Assembly (NCBI GenBank): GCA_964467655.1
Contig: CAYXSN010000002.1
Coordinates: forward strand, 27,327-91,326
Origin: an uncultured Candidatus Saccharimonadales bacterium
Lineage (GTDB): Bacteria > Patescibacteriota > Saccharimonadia > UBA4664
Reading direction: 5' to 3'
Length of the DNA stretch: 64,000 bases
The first letter of the stretch is position 1; every line of letters starts with the position of its first letter. Shown here piece after piece: positions 9,012 to 20,101 of the stretch. The position numbers and the translations under genes are program-made. The notes below the pieces were generated by a model that had not been told where the DNA came from, did no database searches, and saw only the letters and a program-made list of their open reading frames with translations.

Positions 9012-11309
9012 ATGGCGGCACATCGCCAGGCAACGCTTCTATTTGAGGAGCAAAGCTCCAGTTCACCGGCTTGCGTCGGAGGCAAGGGAGCCGGTCTGGC
9101 AGCAATGGTAGCTCTCGGGCTACCAGTGCCACCAGGCTTCACCATCCACACGGGCGTTTGCCGCGCCTACCTGCAACACAGTCGGCTGCCACGGCGGCTC
9201 GCTTGGCAGGTGACGCGCAGTCTGGCAAAGCTTGAGCAGGAAACTGGCCGCGAGTTTGGCGATAGTGTCGACCCACTGCTGGTGTCGGTTCGTTCTGGCG
9301 CAGCCGTGTCGATGCCCGGCATGATGGATACAGTCCTCAACCTCGGAATCAATCCCGAAGTTGTGTCTGCCCTCAGCCGTAGGTATGGCGAATGGTTTGC
9401 GTACGATACTTTCAGACGATTCCTCGCCATGTACGGCGAAGTCGTTATGGGTGTCGATGCCGGACTACTCAAGCTGCCCCATGAATTGGCCAAGCTCGAC
9501 GCCGGCGGTAACGCCGTGAGCGCCGATGCCTTGGAGATTGTCTGCGTCGAGATGCTTGAGCTCATCGAAATGGAAACCGGTTCGCCTGTTCCCGTCGATC
9601 CTCGTGAGCAGCTCGACAATGCGATTACTGCTGTGTTCAGGTCTTGGAACAGTGAGCGGGCCATTGCCTATCGGCAGGCCCACGGACTCAACCATGCCGC
9701 CGGCACTGCAGTGAATGTGCAGGCCATGGTGTATGGCAACCGCGATGAAGCTTCGGCTTCCGGCGTGGTCTTTAGCTCAAACCCCACCACCGGCCAGCCA
9801 GGTCTCTTCGGAGAATTTCTGGTACAGGCGCAGGGTGAGGATGTCGTAGCTGGAGCCAGTAAGCCTTTGCCAATTAGTCACTTGGCAGACTGGAATCAGC
9901 AGATCAGCACCGAGCTAGCTGCTCACGTCAGCCACTTGGCGACCTTGCATGGCGAAGTTGTCGACGTTGAGTTTACCGTCGAGTCTGGGCGTCTCTACAT
10001 CCTGCAGGTCAGGGCCGCCAAGCAAACCTTGGTGGCTCGGGTAACCCAAGCTGTCCACCGCGTGTGGTCGGGCGAAATTGCCCGCGAAGACGCCGTAAGC
10101 CTTTTTACTGCTGACGAGTTCATGCAACTCAAAGTCGCTTGCGTTGATAAGGATACGTTGAAGGACGTCCTCGTCGTGCTTGGCAACGGGATAGCTGTGT
10201 CTCCTGGCGCTGCTACAGGCGTTGTGGTCGACTCATCAGCAGATGCATGTGAACTGGCAGCCACGGGGCAATCAGTGGTGCTCGTGCGTTGTGAAACGAG
10301 CCCCGATGATTTACCAGGCATGTTGGTAGCCAGCGCCATCGTCACTTTTGCCGGCGGCACTACCTGCCATGCAGCAGTGGTGGCCAGAGAAATCGGGCGC
10401 CCATGTGTGGTAAATGCTCAGCTTCATCGGAGACTGCGTCCGGGCATGGCAGTAACTGTCGACGGCACCTCGGGATCTATTTACCGGGGCCGTTTACCAC
10501 TCACCAATGCCCGGCCGACCAAAGAAGTGGCCATCCTCATGAAGTGGAAGCAAGGCACGGCCTACCAGCCGCGACTCAACTTCGACTTGATGAAAGAGCA
10601 CCATTCAGTGAACCGCATGGCGACAGACTTCTACTCGGTCGACGCCATGTGGCAATGTAGCCGCGGAACCGCACTGGAAGACCTCTGCTATCAGAAGCGT
10701 CAAAAGGTCCACATTGATGCCGCTGAATTTTTGGCCACGTATGTGGCTGTAGCGGTAGCTGGTGAACTACGCCATTACGCACGATCGAACGACAATGTTG
10801 ACCTGGAAGCGCATCCGCACATCAGTCATCTCCGGCAGAAGTTCGGGTTGATTGCCGTGTCTGAGTGCCTTGGTGATGAAAGGGCACACAAGCGGCAATA
10901 CGCGCAAGAGCAAATTGCTAGCGCTTTAAGAACCATGGACGTAGCAAGTCAGATAGAGTTCTTTGAAACCGCGGTTTTGGCCTTCGAATCCAGGTTATTC
11001 GGGGGATCGTACGGTGGCGAGATGTGGGCTCAAATTGCTCGCGCTGGAGCCATGTTCCTGCGGGGCGAAATGCCGCCAACAGTGGCGGCTGACCACATCT
11101 TCGACCTGCGGCACAACTGCGGCCGCATCTTCGATAAGCATCCTATGGCGAGCGATTTGACGCGTGAGGGCGATTTGGGCCATCAGCTTGATTACAAGCG
11201 ATCAGTTCCTGACATCAAAGAGCTGTGGTCAAAACTCAATTTCTATGGTCGTGCAAGCGACCAAATCACTGAACTGTGGCACCATGGTCAGAGTTCTGAT
11301 CTATGGTAA
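9012..11309 (+). CDS. PPDK-like dikinase: ATP-grasp domain + His-carrier domain + unknown C-terminal domain
   Basis: VGGKGAGL, PVPPGFTI, VSVRSGAAVSMPGMMDTVLNLG, AQGEDVVAG, DVEFTVE, GGTTCHAAVVARE; C-terminal ~230 aa is not the PPDK pyruvate barrel; SD GGAGGAG. Confidence 0.9.
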   Translation: MAAHRQATLLFEEQSSSSPACVGGKGAGLAAMVALGLPVPPGFTIHTGVCRAYLQHSRLPRRLAWQVTRSLAKLEQETGREFGDSVDPLLVSVRSGAAVSMPGMMDTVLNLGINPEVVSALSRRYGEWFAYDTFRRFLAMYGEVVMGVDAGLLKLPHELAKLDAGGNAVSADALEIVCVEMLELIEMETGSPVPVDPREQLDNAITAVFRSWNSERAIAYRQAHGLNHAAGTAVNVQAMVYGNRDEASASGVVFSSNPTTGQPGLFGEFLVQAQGEDVVAGASKPLPISHLADWNQQISTELAAHVSHLATLHGEVVDVEFTVESGRLYILQVRAAKQTLVARVTQAVHRVWSGEIAREDAVSLFTADEFMQLKVACVDKDTLKDVLVVLGNGIAVSPGAATGVVVDSSADACELAATGQSVVLVRCETSPDDLPGMLVASAIVTFAGGTTCHAAVVAREIGRPCVVNAQLHRRLRPGMAVTVDGTSGSIYRGRLPLTNARPTKEVAILMKWKQGTAYQPRLNFDLMKEHHSVNRMATDFYSVDAMWQCSRGTALEDLCYQKRQKVHIDAAEFLATYVAVAVAGELRHYARSNDNVDLEAHPHISHLRQKFGLIAVSECLGDERAHKRQYAQEQIASALRTMDVASQIEFFETAVLAFESRLFGGSYGGEMWAQIARAGAMFLRGEMPPTVAADHIFDLRHNCGRIFDKHPMASDLTREGDLGHQLDYKRSVPDIKELWSKLNFYGRASDQITELWHHGQSSDLW

Positions 11310-11337
11310 AACCCATCAAGTCTGCTTGGAGGCAGCC

Positions 11338-11964
11338 ATGACGAACAGGCGACCGCGCAGCGGAAACAACACAAGAAGGCGGAGCGGACCCTATAGTACG
11401 GGTCAGGTTATGCCTCGTAGTGCGATTGCGGATCAGCTCCTCGCCCTTCACGGCTGGCGCGACCACGAACCGCATCTGGGAGATAAGCCCGTTAGTATTG
11501 GCGGTCGCCATATTTGGGCCGCCGGAACCACTTATGGGGCACAGATGACCGGAGGAAGGTTGCCGCACTTTGACGCGTATGTCGCACTTGACAACGTAAG
11601 TGTAGTAGGTCATAATGAGACAGTTCTGGCATTTCCGCTGACTGATTTCGGCGGTGTGCCCGAGGGTTGGCTTGACTTACTCATGGCGGATATCGTTCCA
11701 GATATGAGGAACGGCTATAGGCTGTGCGTGTTCTGCGTTGGCGGCCATGGTCGGACCGGCACGGTACTGGCGTCGCTGATCGCCATTCTGGAATCGGAGT
11801 TCGACACTCCTGACCCCATTCAGGCAATCCGCGAGCGCTACTGTTATCGGGCAGTCGAAACCCTGGAGCAGGCTGAGGGCATCTTCGCCCTCCGTGGCCA
11901 GCAGCTGCCTGAGCGCTGGAGGAAAAGCCTCATGCCTCGACAGTCAATGCTTCCTAGGTACTAA
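11338..11964 (+). CDS. CX5R (PTP/dual-specificity-type) phosphatase
   Basis: FCVGGHGRTGT P-loop, DFGGVP acid loop, AVETLEQ Q-loop; SD GGAGG. Confidence 0.88.
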   Translation: MTNRRPRSGNNTRRRSGPYSTGQVMPRSAIADQLLALHGWRDHEPHLGDKPVSIGGRHIWAAGTTYGAQMTGGRLPHFDAYVALDNVSVVGHNETVLAFPLTDFGGVPEGWLDLLMADIVPDMRNGYRLCVFCVGGHGRTGTVLASLIAILESEFDTPDPIQAIRERYCYRAVETLEQAEGIFALRGQQLPERWRKSLMPRQSMLPRY

Positions 11965-12089
11965 GTAGATCAGTTCGACGAGAACTGACACCCAACGGCG
12001 CCCACGCGCCGAACGTTTCACCCCCGACCATGCGTGGGCAACTTGGTCACGACCAATCATGTACGTTCACAAATTGTGAGGAGTGTCGC

Positions 12090-12710
12090 ATGACCGCTCA
12101 GACATTCGAGAATCCGTGGTTGATGGCTGGTACCGAAGGTACCGACAAGTACTACGTAGTCATCGCCACCGGCACCAAGCGCGTTGGCATTCGGGAGTAC
12201 GCTCCCGGCTACTTCCGCGTTCGCGTGGAGGTAGGCGACAAGTACAAGGGCCTGAGCGAGCGCCTCACGCGCGACACCGGCTGGAAGCAGCCGGGTGACA
12301 GCGGTGAGCAGCGCTTCTCGAAGACGACCTGCGCCGACGGCCTCGCCGCTGTGCTGGCCGAGGTCTTCGGGGCACTCAAGATCCAGCTCAATCCCAGGCT
12401 GGTGCCGGCCCTGGCCGCCGCGGCCCACGCCAAGGCGTTTGGAGTGCCGGAGGCGGAGGTTTCCGAGCCTCAGCCTCTGGTCGCCGAACCGGCTGCACCT
12501 GCCGCCGACGAGGCTCCCACCGAGGAGTCCGAGGTCCAGGAGCCGGCCGCAGCCACGGAGGCCACGCAGCTCGACGAGCTCGTCGAGCGCATGCTCGAAG
12601 GTATGGCGGCTGTTGCCACCGAAGCAACCGCCACGGCCGCCATGGTGCAGGACGTCTACCGGGCTGCCGTTGCTGCCGCCAAGGAGCGGCTGGACGCCTA
12701 CCGTTTCTGA
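12090..12710 (+). CDS. Hypothetical protein (globular N-domain, acidic Ala/Glu/Pro linker, helical tail)
   Basis: SD GAGGAG; strong G/C third-position codon bias. Confidence 0.8.
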   Translation: MTAQTFENPWLMAGTEGTDKYYVVIATGTKRVGIREYAPGYFRVRVEVGDKYKGLSERLTRDTGWKQPGDSGEQRFSKTTCADGLAAVLAEVFGALKIQLNPRLVPALAAAAHAKAFGVPEAEVSEPQPLVAEPAAPAADEAPTEESEVQEPAAATEATQLDELVERMLEGMAAVATEATATAAMVQDVYRAAVAAAKERLDAYRF

Positions 12711-12745
12711 CAACACCAACCCATCGGATCTAAGGAGGTAGTCAT

Positions 12746-12811
12746 ATGACTGCCATGATCAATGGTCGGGCGCCGCCGGTTATCCCGGCCGGACGGGTCG
12801 GTGTACACTAG
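12746..12811 (+). CDS. 21-aa peptide MTAMINGRAPPVIPAGRVGVH (RAPP motif)
   Basis: Strong SD TAAGGAGG upstream of the ATG; translated by hand. Confidence 0.55.
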   Translation: MTAMINGRAPPVIPAGRVGVH

Positions 12812-13325
12812 CCGAAGCAGCCAGCTTGGCTACGTGGTACATCACCTGAAAGGTCTCGGGACCGGCACTTGCAGTCTGCAGGACCGGTTCACGGCCGCGG
12901 CGGAGAGTGGTCGATAGATACCCATGTGAGCAATGGGACTCCGAATGGTGCTCGCCCTACAGCGAGACGGTATCCTGATCCGTGATCAGGCGTTACGGAG
13001 CAACTGTCAAGCGCCGTAATGATAGGGTTTGGATGCTCAATTCAAACCCCAATGCACGGGACTGGTCCTGTGTGAACACAAGTGGCGCCTTGCCAGCGCC
13101 CGCGGTGACAGGCAACGTTGCCATAGTTGCTTACGGAAGGCATCTGGCAATGCAAGTGGCAATTGGCCAGCAGACATGGATTGTTTGCTAGGCGGTGGCG
13201 CGTGTAATACTGGACTAGCCGGGACGCCGGACCCAGTAGAAGCGCCTGCCGCGACAGCGGTCAATACGACATTCCGACTATACTAATAGAGGGCTTCGGC
13301 TCTCGCGCCCCTCCGATGGAGGGGC
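12809..13325 (+). ncRNA. Putative large structured ncRNA, family unknown
   Basis: More than a dozen consecutive hairpins with G-U pairs on the + strand, a C(UUCG)G tetraloop, no credible ORF. Confidence 0.7.
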
Positions 13326-13326
13326 C

Positions 13327-13364
13327 GGGGGTGCTGGTTATGCCAGCACCCCCATTTCTTTATT
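13327..13364 (+). terminator. Intrinsic terminator
   Basis: GGGGGTGCTGG-ttatg-CCAGCACCCCC followed by ATTTCTTTATT. Confidence 0.8.
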
Positions 13365-13372
13365 CACAGTCT

Positions 13373-14806
13373 TTAGCTTACCCGATACCGTTCAATAGCT
13401 GCCTGCCGGGCTAAGGCGTGGTCCACCACTGGCGCCGGATAATCACGCCCAATCACACAACCGGCCGCCTGCTGCACCTCAAGTGGCATCTCCCACGGCC
13501 TGGCCAAATACGCTAAGGGCACCCGGGCCAGCTCTGGCACATAGCGTCGTACATAGGCTCCTGTCGGGTCGTAACGTTCCTGCTGGGTCATAGGATTGTA
13601 CAGCCGCCGGAACATGGGCGCCGGATCCACTCCCACCGAGGCAATCCATTGCCAATTGCCGTTGTTGTTGGCCGTATCGCCGTCAATCAAATGCCTCATG
13701 AAATGAGCCTCGCCAATGCGCCAATCCAGACCCAAATCTTTGGTGAGAAACGAACCCACAATCAGCCGAGCCCGGTTGTGCATGTAGGCTTCAGTCAACA
13801 ATTGCCGCATAGCAGCATCGACGATAGGATACCCTGTGCGGCCCTCGCGCCAGGCTTCTGCCAGCCCGTCATCGGTTTCCCAGGCTAGCCTACGGTAGCG
13901 CTCCTGAAATTCGAGCTGAGCGTTATCTGGAAAATGCCCCAGTACATAATGATAAAAATCCCGCCACGCCAGTTGCCGCCGGAACGCTACGGCGCCGTCG
14001 GTCTTGTGTGGGTTGGCACCCGCTTCGAGAACGGCAGCCTCTATTTCGCGCGCCGACAGTACCCCAAAATGCAAATCGGCGGACAAGCGCGAAGTGGCAT
14101 CGGCCGCCAAATCATCGTGAAGCTCATGATATCGGCCAATCCGTTGCTCCAGGAATTGCCGCAGTCGGGCTGCGGCTGCCTGCCGACCACCGGCCGCCTG
14201 CTTGGCCGGAGCGCTCGACCCGGTAGCCGGATGAAGTGCCTTCAGTTTGCTCATACTGGCTACAGCTGCCGTTTGCCACGCAGCCGGCAGGCGTGGGAGT
14301 GATGGAATCGAAAGGACCGGCCGGCGGGGCTGGTTGAGCCAGGACTTGTAAAACGGCGTAAACACCTGGTACGGTCGGCCACTGCCGCTCATGAGCAGTT
14401 CAGGCTGGTCCACTATGAGCCGGCCTGGTAACCACCGGATGCCACCACCCGTTGAGCGAACAGCAGTGGCCACCGCTTCATCGCGCCGACGGGCAAACGG
14501 CGTGAAATCAGTGGACGCCAACACAATCTGGGCGCCGGTTTGGTGCATGAGTTCCGGCAACACCGCAGCGGGCCGGCCACTTCTGATAATGAGTCCGCTC
14601 CCACATGCGGCTAGGGCCGTATGCAATTCAATCAGACATTGGCGCAAGCACCGGTTACGATTGGCACTGGCCGAGGGTCCGGTGACCAATCGTTCATCCA
14701 AGATGAACACCGGATAAACCTCGTCGCCCAGATCACAGGCAGCCGAGAGAGCCGGTTGGTCGGCTAGTCGTAAGTCGTTTCGAAACCACACTATCGTTTT
14801 GGTCAT
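13373..14806 (-). CDS. phrB: Deoxyribodipyrimidine photolyase (class I)
   Basis: WFRNDLRL, GRTGYPIVDAAMRQL, MHNRAR, NNNGNWQW. Confidence 0.93.
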   Translation of the reverse strand: MTKTIVWFRNDLRLADQPALSAACDLGDEVYPVFILDERLVTGPSASANRNRCLRQCLIELHTALAACGSGLIIRSGRPAAVLPELMHQTGAQIVLASTDFTPFARRRDEAVATAVRSTGGGIRWLPGRLIVDQPELLMSGSGRPYQVFTPFYKSWLNQPRRPVLSIPSLPRLPAAWQTAAVASMSKLKALHPATGSSAPAKQAAGGRQAAAARLRQFLEQRIGRYHELHDDLAADATSRLSADLHFGVLSAREIEAAVLEAGANPHKTDGAVAFRRQLAWRDFYHYVLGHFPDNAQLEFQERYRRLAWETDDGLAEAWREGRTGYPIVDAAMRQLLTEAYMHNRARLIVGSFLTKDLGLDWRIGEAHFMRHLIDGDTANNNGNWQWIASVGVDPAPMFRRLYNPMTQQERYDPTGAYVRRYVPELARVPLAYLARPWEMPLEVQQAAGCVIGRDYPAPVVDHALARQAAIERYRVS

Positions 14807-14853
14807 ATGAGCCATTGTAGCCAAAGCCGACCGGGCTCACTATACTGATATGT

Positions 14854-16977
14854 ATGAAAATACGTTGGATAGTACCGGTAATATTGGTAGTGGTGTGGCT
14901 CGGACTCGGCGGCTATGGCGGCCCGACATTTGGTAAACTCAAGAGTATCTCGAGCAATGATGAAGCCACGTTTCTACCTCAAAGTGCCGAGTCAACCAAG
15001 GTGCAAGACATCCAGAAACTGTTTGTAGGCGAGCAGACTCTGCCCGCTATTGTTTTGTTTGAATCAAATGACCAGATAGGTCAGGAAGCAACCACCAAAT
15101 TAGCTGGACTGGCAGTCAAATTGGGCACGATTCCCGGCGTGAAACCGGCGGCCGGGCCGGCGGCACCCACCAGCGTAGTCGGGCCAATTCCGTCGGCCGA
15201 TGGCAAAGCCGCTCAGCTCATCGTGCCGATAACCAATACCGATGAAGTCGCAGTCGTCGTCAAGGCAATCAGAGAAACAGTGAAAACAGATACTCCCGCA
15301 GGCTTGAAGACCTATGTTGCCGGCCCGGCTGGGTTTCTAGCCGACCTCACAGGGGCGTTCGGCGGCATTGACGGGCTACTGCTCGTTATAGCCTTGGTAG
15401 CCGTGTTGGTCATCCTGATCGTAGTCTACCGATCAATCATCCTCCCGTTTCTTGTCTTGCTTACGGCTATATTCGCGCTCTGTGCAGCCATTATTGTCAT
15501 CTATGTCCTCGGAAAAGCCGGCGTCATTACGCTCAACGGTCAGAGCCAGGGTATTCTGTCGATCCTGGTGATTGGTGCCGCTACCGATTACGCGCTGCTA
15601 TTTGTCGCCCGGTTCCGTGAAGCCCTCCATCACACGCCATCAGGTTGGGAAGCAGTCCGTCGGGCATGGCGGGCAGCCTTTGAACCGGTGACCGCTTCAG
15701 CTGCCACGGTGGCCGCTGCGCTCTTGTGTCTGTTGTTCTCCGATCTTGGCTCAAACCGTAGCCTCGGTCCGGTTGGGGCTATTGGCATTGTGGCCGCTTG
15801 GTTGGCCGCCGTCACCTTCTTGCCAGCCCTGCTAGCATTGCTCGGCCGGTCGGCTTTTTGGCCGGTGCGACCCAAGCTCATCGATGCCAAGAGCCAGACC
15901 GACGCCATCACTCCATTCTGGCAACGAGTCGGCCGGCTAATCGAAACTCAGCCACGCCGTACCTGGGTGGCCACCCTCGTTATCTTGCTAGCCGCCGCAA
16001 CCGCCGCTCCCATGTTGAAGGCGTCGGGTGTACCTGAGACTAAGCTTCTGTTGGGTGCCTCGGAAGCGGTTGATGGCCAAAGTGCCTTGAGTCGCCACTT
16101 TGACGCTGGCTCAGGCACGCCGGTGGTAATTATTGCCACGAGCAATCGGGCTGAAGCGGTTCGATTAGCTACTGCCGGCACCACTGGTATCAGCCGAGCA
16201 GAACTCTATACCGGCGTCTCAGGACTACCGCCGGCCCTGGCCCAAACCCTGCCCCCGATCGAAAAAGACGGCCAGGTGTTCATCAACGCTACGCTGGCAG
16301 ATGCACCAGATTCAGATGCAGCTGAGGCCACCATCGGTCGCTTGCGCGCTAATCTGCGGGATGTCGATGCCAAAGTTTTAGTGGGTGGTCGCACCGCTAT
16401 TGCCACCGATACCAACGCCACAGCCCAACATGACCTCAAGCTCATCATTCCGATAGTGTTGGCGGTCATACTGGTCATCCTCATGCTTTTGCTGCGGGCG
16501 GTGATAGCCCCGGTCTTGCTGATTGGTACTGTGGTGGTGAGCTATCTGGCGACGCTTGGCGTGTCGGCGCTGGTATTCAATAATGTCTTGGGTCATCCAG
16601 GCGCCGACCCCACAGTACCGCTGTTTGGTTTCGTTTTTCTGGTAGCACTGGGTATTGATTACAATATCTTCCTGATGACCCGGGTCCGCGAAGAAGCCCA
16701 GGCGCACGGTACGTCAGATGGCATCATTCAGGGACTTGGCAAGACGGGTGGCGTCATCACTTCAGCCGGCGTCGTGCTGGCGGCCACCTTTGCGGCCCTC
16801 GGTGTGATCCCGATATTGTTCTTGGTCCAACTGGCCTTCATTGTGGCCTTTGGTGTGTTGCTCGACACCGTTCTAGTCCGGTCGCTGCTGGTGCCAGCCC
16901 TGAGCTACGACATCGGCCGCTTTATCTGGTGGCCGTCGCGTTTGTCGCGCCCTGTGGTACCATCAAAGAACAAGTAG
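14854..16977 (+). CDS. MMPL/RND-family transporter
   Basis: GAATDYALLFVARFRE; ALGIDYNIFLMTRVREE; TGGVITSAG. Confidence 0.92.
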   Translation: MKIRWIVPVILVVVWLGLGGYGGPTFGKLKSISSNDEATFLPQSAESTKVQDIQKLFVGEQTLPAIVLFESNDQIGQEATTKLAGLAVKLGTIPGVKPAAGPAAPTSVVGPIPSADGKAAQLIVPITNTDEVAVVVKAIRETVKTDTPAGLKTYVAGPAGFLADLTGAFGGIDGLLLVIALVAVLVILIVVYRSIILPFLVLLTAIFALCAAIIVIYVLGKAGVITLNGQSQGILSILVIGAATDYALLFVARFREALHHTPSGWEAVRRAWRAAFEPVTASAATVAAALLCLLFSDLGSNRSLGPVGAIGIVAAWLAAVTFLPALLALLGRSAFWPVRPKLIDAKSQTDAITPFWQRVGRLIETQPRRTWVATLVILLAAATAAPMLKASGVPETKLLLGASEAVDGQSALSRHFDAGSGTPVVIIATSNRAEAVRLATAGTTGISRAELYTGVSGLPPALAQTLPPIEKDGQVFINATLADAPDSDAAEATIGRLRANLRDVDAKVLVGGRTAIATDTNATAQHDLKLIIPIVLAVILVILMLLLRAVIAPVLLIGTVVVSYLATLGVSALVFNNVLGHPGADPTVPLFGFVFLVALGIDYNIFLMTRVREEAQAHGTSDGIIQGLGKTGGVITSAGVVLAATFAALGVIPILFLVQLAFIVAFGVLLDTVLVRSLLVPALSYDIGRFIWWPSRLSRPVVPSKNK

Positions 16978-16998
16978 CATAAGGATTTTAATAAACCA

Positions 16999-17256
16999 AT
17001 GGCTGACACGACTGAGTCGATGGAAAGTACCGCAACCGCTGTACCGGTAAATACCAAAACCAAAGCCAAACCAAAGCCCAAGTTTGAAGCCGAAGACAAT
17101 TTTCTATCTGAGGCCATAGCCCCGCCCCGCAAGCATCTCACGTATCAGGATGGTTTCAGGCTCGGCGTCGGCATGACGATAGGCTTTCTGTTTATCGCAG
17201 TCATCTTGGGCGGGCTGACGTTTGGGGCTGTCGTGGCACTACGTTTCTTGCAGTAA
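16999..17256 (+). CDS. Small membrane protein
   Basis: DGFRLGVG followed by a C-terminal TM helix. Confidence 0.65.
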   Translation: MADTTESMESTATAVPVNTKTKAKPKPKFEAEDNFLSEAIAPPRKHLTYQDGFRLGVGMTIGFLFIAVILGGLTFGAVVALRFLQ

Positions 17257-17308
17257 CCTTGCGCAACACTGGCAAATTTGCTAGATTATGTTCTGTTAGT
17301 TTCATTGC

Positions 17309-18921
<1,613 letters not shown>

Positions 18922-18951
18922 TCAATTCCTTCCAGATTGCAAACACAAACA

Positions 18952-19083
18952 TTACCCATCACGCCGCTCCAAGTCGAGCTTTTTGCGCCTTTGGGCCTCA
19001 AACATGTCGAATAGCATGGCTGCTAGTTTATCGAGCGCCTGCTGTTCAGCCTCACTTACTTGTTTGGCGGCTTTACCGCTCAA
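18952..19083 (-). CDS. 43-aa protein upstream of the integrase (possible directionality factor)
   Basis: TTG start after GGGAGA; MSGKAAKQVSEAEQQALDKLAAMLFDMFEAQRRKKLDLERRDG. Confidence 0.5.
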   Translation of the reverse strand: MSGKAAKQVSEAEQQALDKLAAMLFDMFEAQRRKKLDLERRDG

Positions 19084-19250
19084 TTAGGATCTCCCAGCTA
19101 AGTGCTGTTCAATCCCTTCCAGAATGTTCCTATTATCTCAAGCTGTGCTTACTCGATCCAGCCTTGTATTTGTTTGCTGGCCTGGTGAAAAGATGTCGTT
19201 ATGCTACCACCTTGCCATCCTCCCCAACCTAAGCTAAAACACAACACGCT

Positions 19251-19673
19251 ATGCCTGAGGTTTACGAGAACACCAACAACATCGCCGCTTCGATTTGCTT
19301 TCGTCTACGGCCTATTTTGGGCCACGGCAGCGTGGTAATTGTGTGCGACGCGCCAGATAGGTTGATACCCGAAGTAAGGCGTTTGTGGGGTCGCCTGACG
19401 CGCCTGGAGCAGGATCAGCGCCGCCGTACCGACGACGTGTTGATGATCACAAAGCTCACCGATGAAATCGTAGCAATGCAGCATCTTTGGTTCGGGACTG
19501 ACGAGCTGGATTGCCCAGTGCGCTTCATGACCGTCGAGCAGTTTCGGGAGCAGCCATACCTAGCCCGCACTTTGTTTGTTGCGTGTGATCTGGATAGGGA
19601 AGCATTGGATGATCTAGTTGGGTACATGCCGCCGAAGTCACTCGTCGTAGCCTTTGGTGCGCGACGTGGCTAG
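19251..19673 (+). CDS. Hypothetical protein
   Basis: ORF with normal composition; overlaps the next gene. Confidence 0.65.
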   Translation: MPEVYENTNNIAASICFRLRPILGHGSVVIVCDAPDRLIPEVRRLWGRLTRLEQDQRRRTDDVLMITKLTDEIVAMQHLWFGTDELDCPVRFMTVEQFREQPYLARTLFVACDLDREALDDLVGYMPPKSLVVAFGARRG

Positions 19674-19869
19674 TGAAGCCGCCCCATCAAAAGATCGGAT
19701 AAAGCTGGCTCGGAAACTAGCTGCCGTATATGTGGCGGCTGTAGCATTACAATCGGCTCTTGAAGAAGTTGAAGGCCAAATGCCGGATGTTTCAGTCGAA
19801 CTTAAGGGCAGTACATTTAGCGTTCGGGCTGGGAATATTCGTTATGGCAGCAAGTTTGATGGGATATAA
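19666..19869 (+). CDS. Small hypothetical protein
   Basis: GTG start overlapping the previous stop. Confidence 0.5.
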   Translation: MASEAAPSKDRIKLARKLAAVYVAAVALQSALEEVEGQMPDVSVELKGSTFSVRAGNIRYGSKFDGI

Positions 19870-19872
19870 CAC

Positions 19873-20049
19873 ATGGAAATAAGACTCACCAAGAAAGAAC
19901 TCGACCTCCTCCGGCTCGGTCTATCTTGCATCTCAATCGTCTCCACGAACTGGACGGCGGCCGAGAAACTCTCCGCGAAATTGCTCAAAGCCAAACAATC
20001 AGGTGTCACTAATAAGCGACGCGCATCCGAATCTGAGGCGAAACTTTGA
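19873..20049 (+). CDS. 58-aa hypothetical protein
   Basis: MEIRLTKKELDLLRLGL...; 3 nt after the previous stop. Confidence 0.45.
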   Translation: MEIRLTKKELDLLRLGLSCISIVSTNWTAAEKLSAKLLKAKQSGVTNKRRASESEAKL

Positions 20050-20101
20050 TTTGGCCCTATATGGGGCTAGAATGTCATTATTTACTGGAAGGATACTCAT
20101 A

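Noticed and set aside
9012-11309. Ordinary ppdK
   Set aside because: The pyruvate/PEP-binding barrel and its motifs are absent, so no gene symbol was assigned
12982-13286. Short ORFs (69-85 aa) inside the structured tract
   Set aside because: No SD, no protein-like composition, overlapping frames; the hairpin pattern explains the region better
12809-13325. tmRNA, RNase P RNA or group I/II intron identity
   Set aside because: No tRNA-like ends, no GAGGAAAGTCC core, no domain V or P7-type consensus seen
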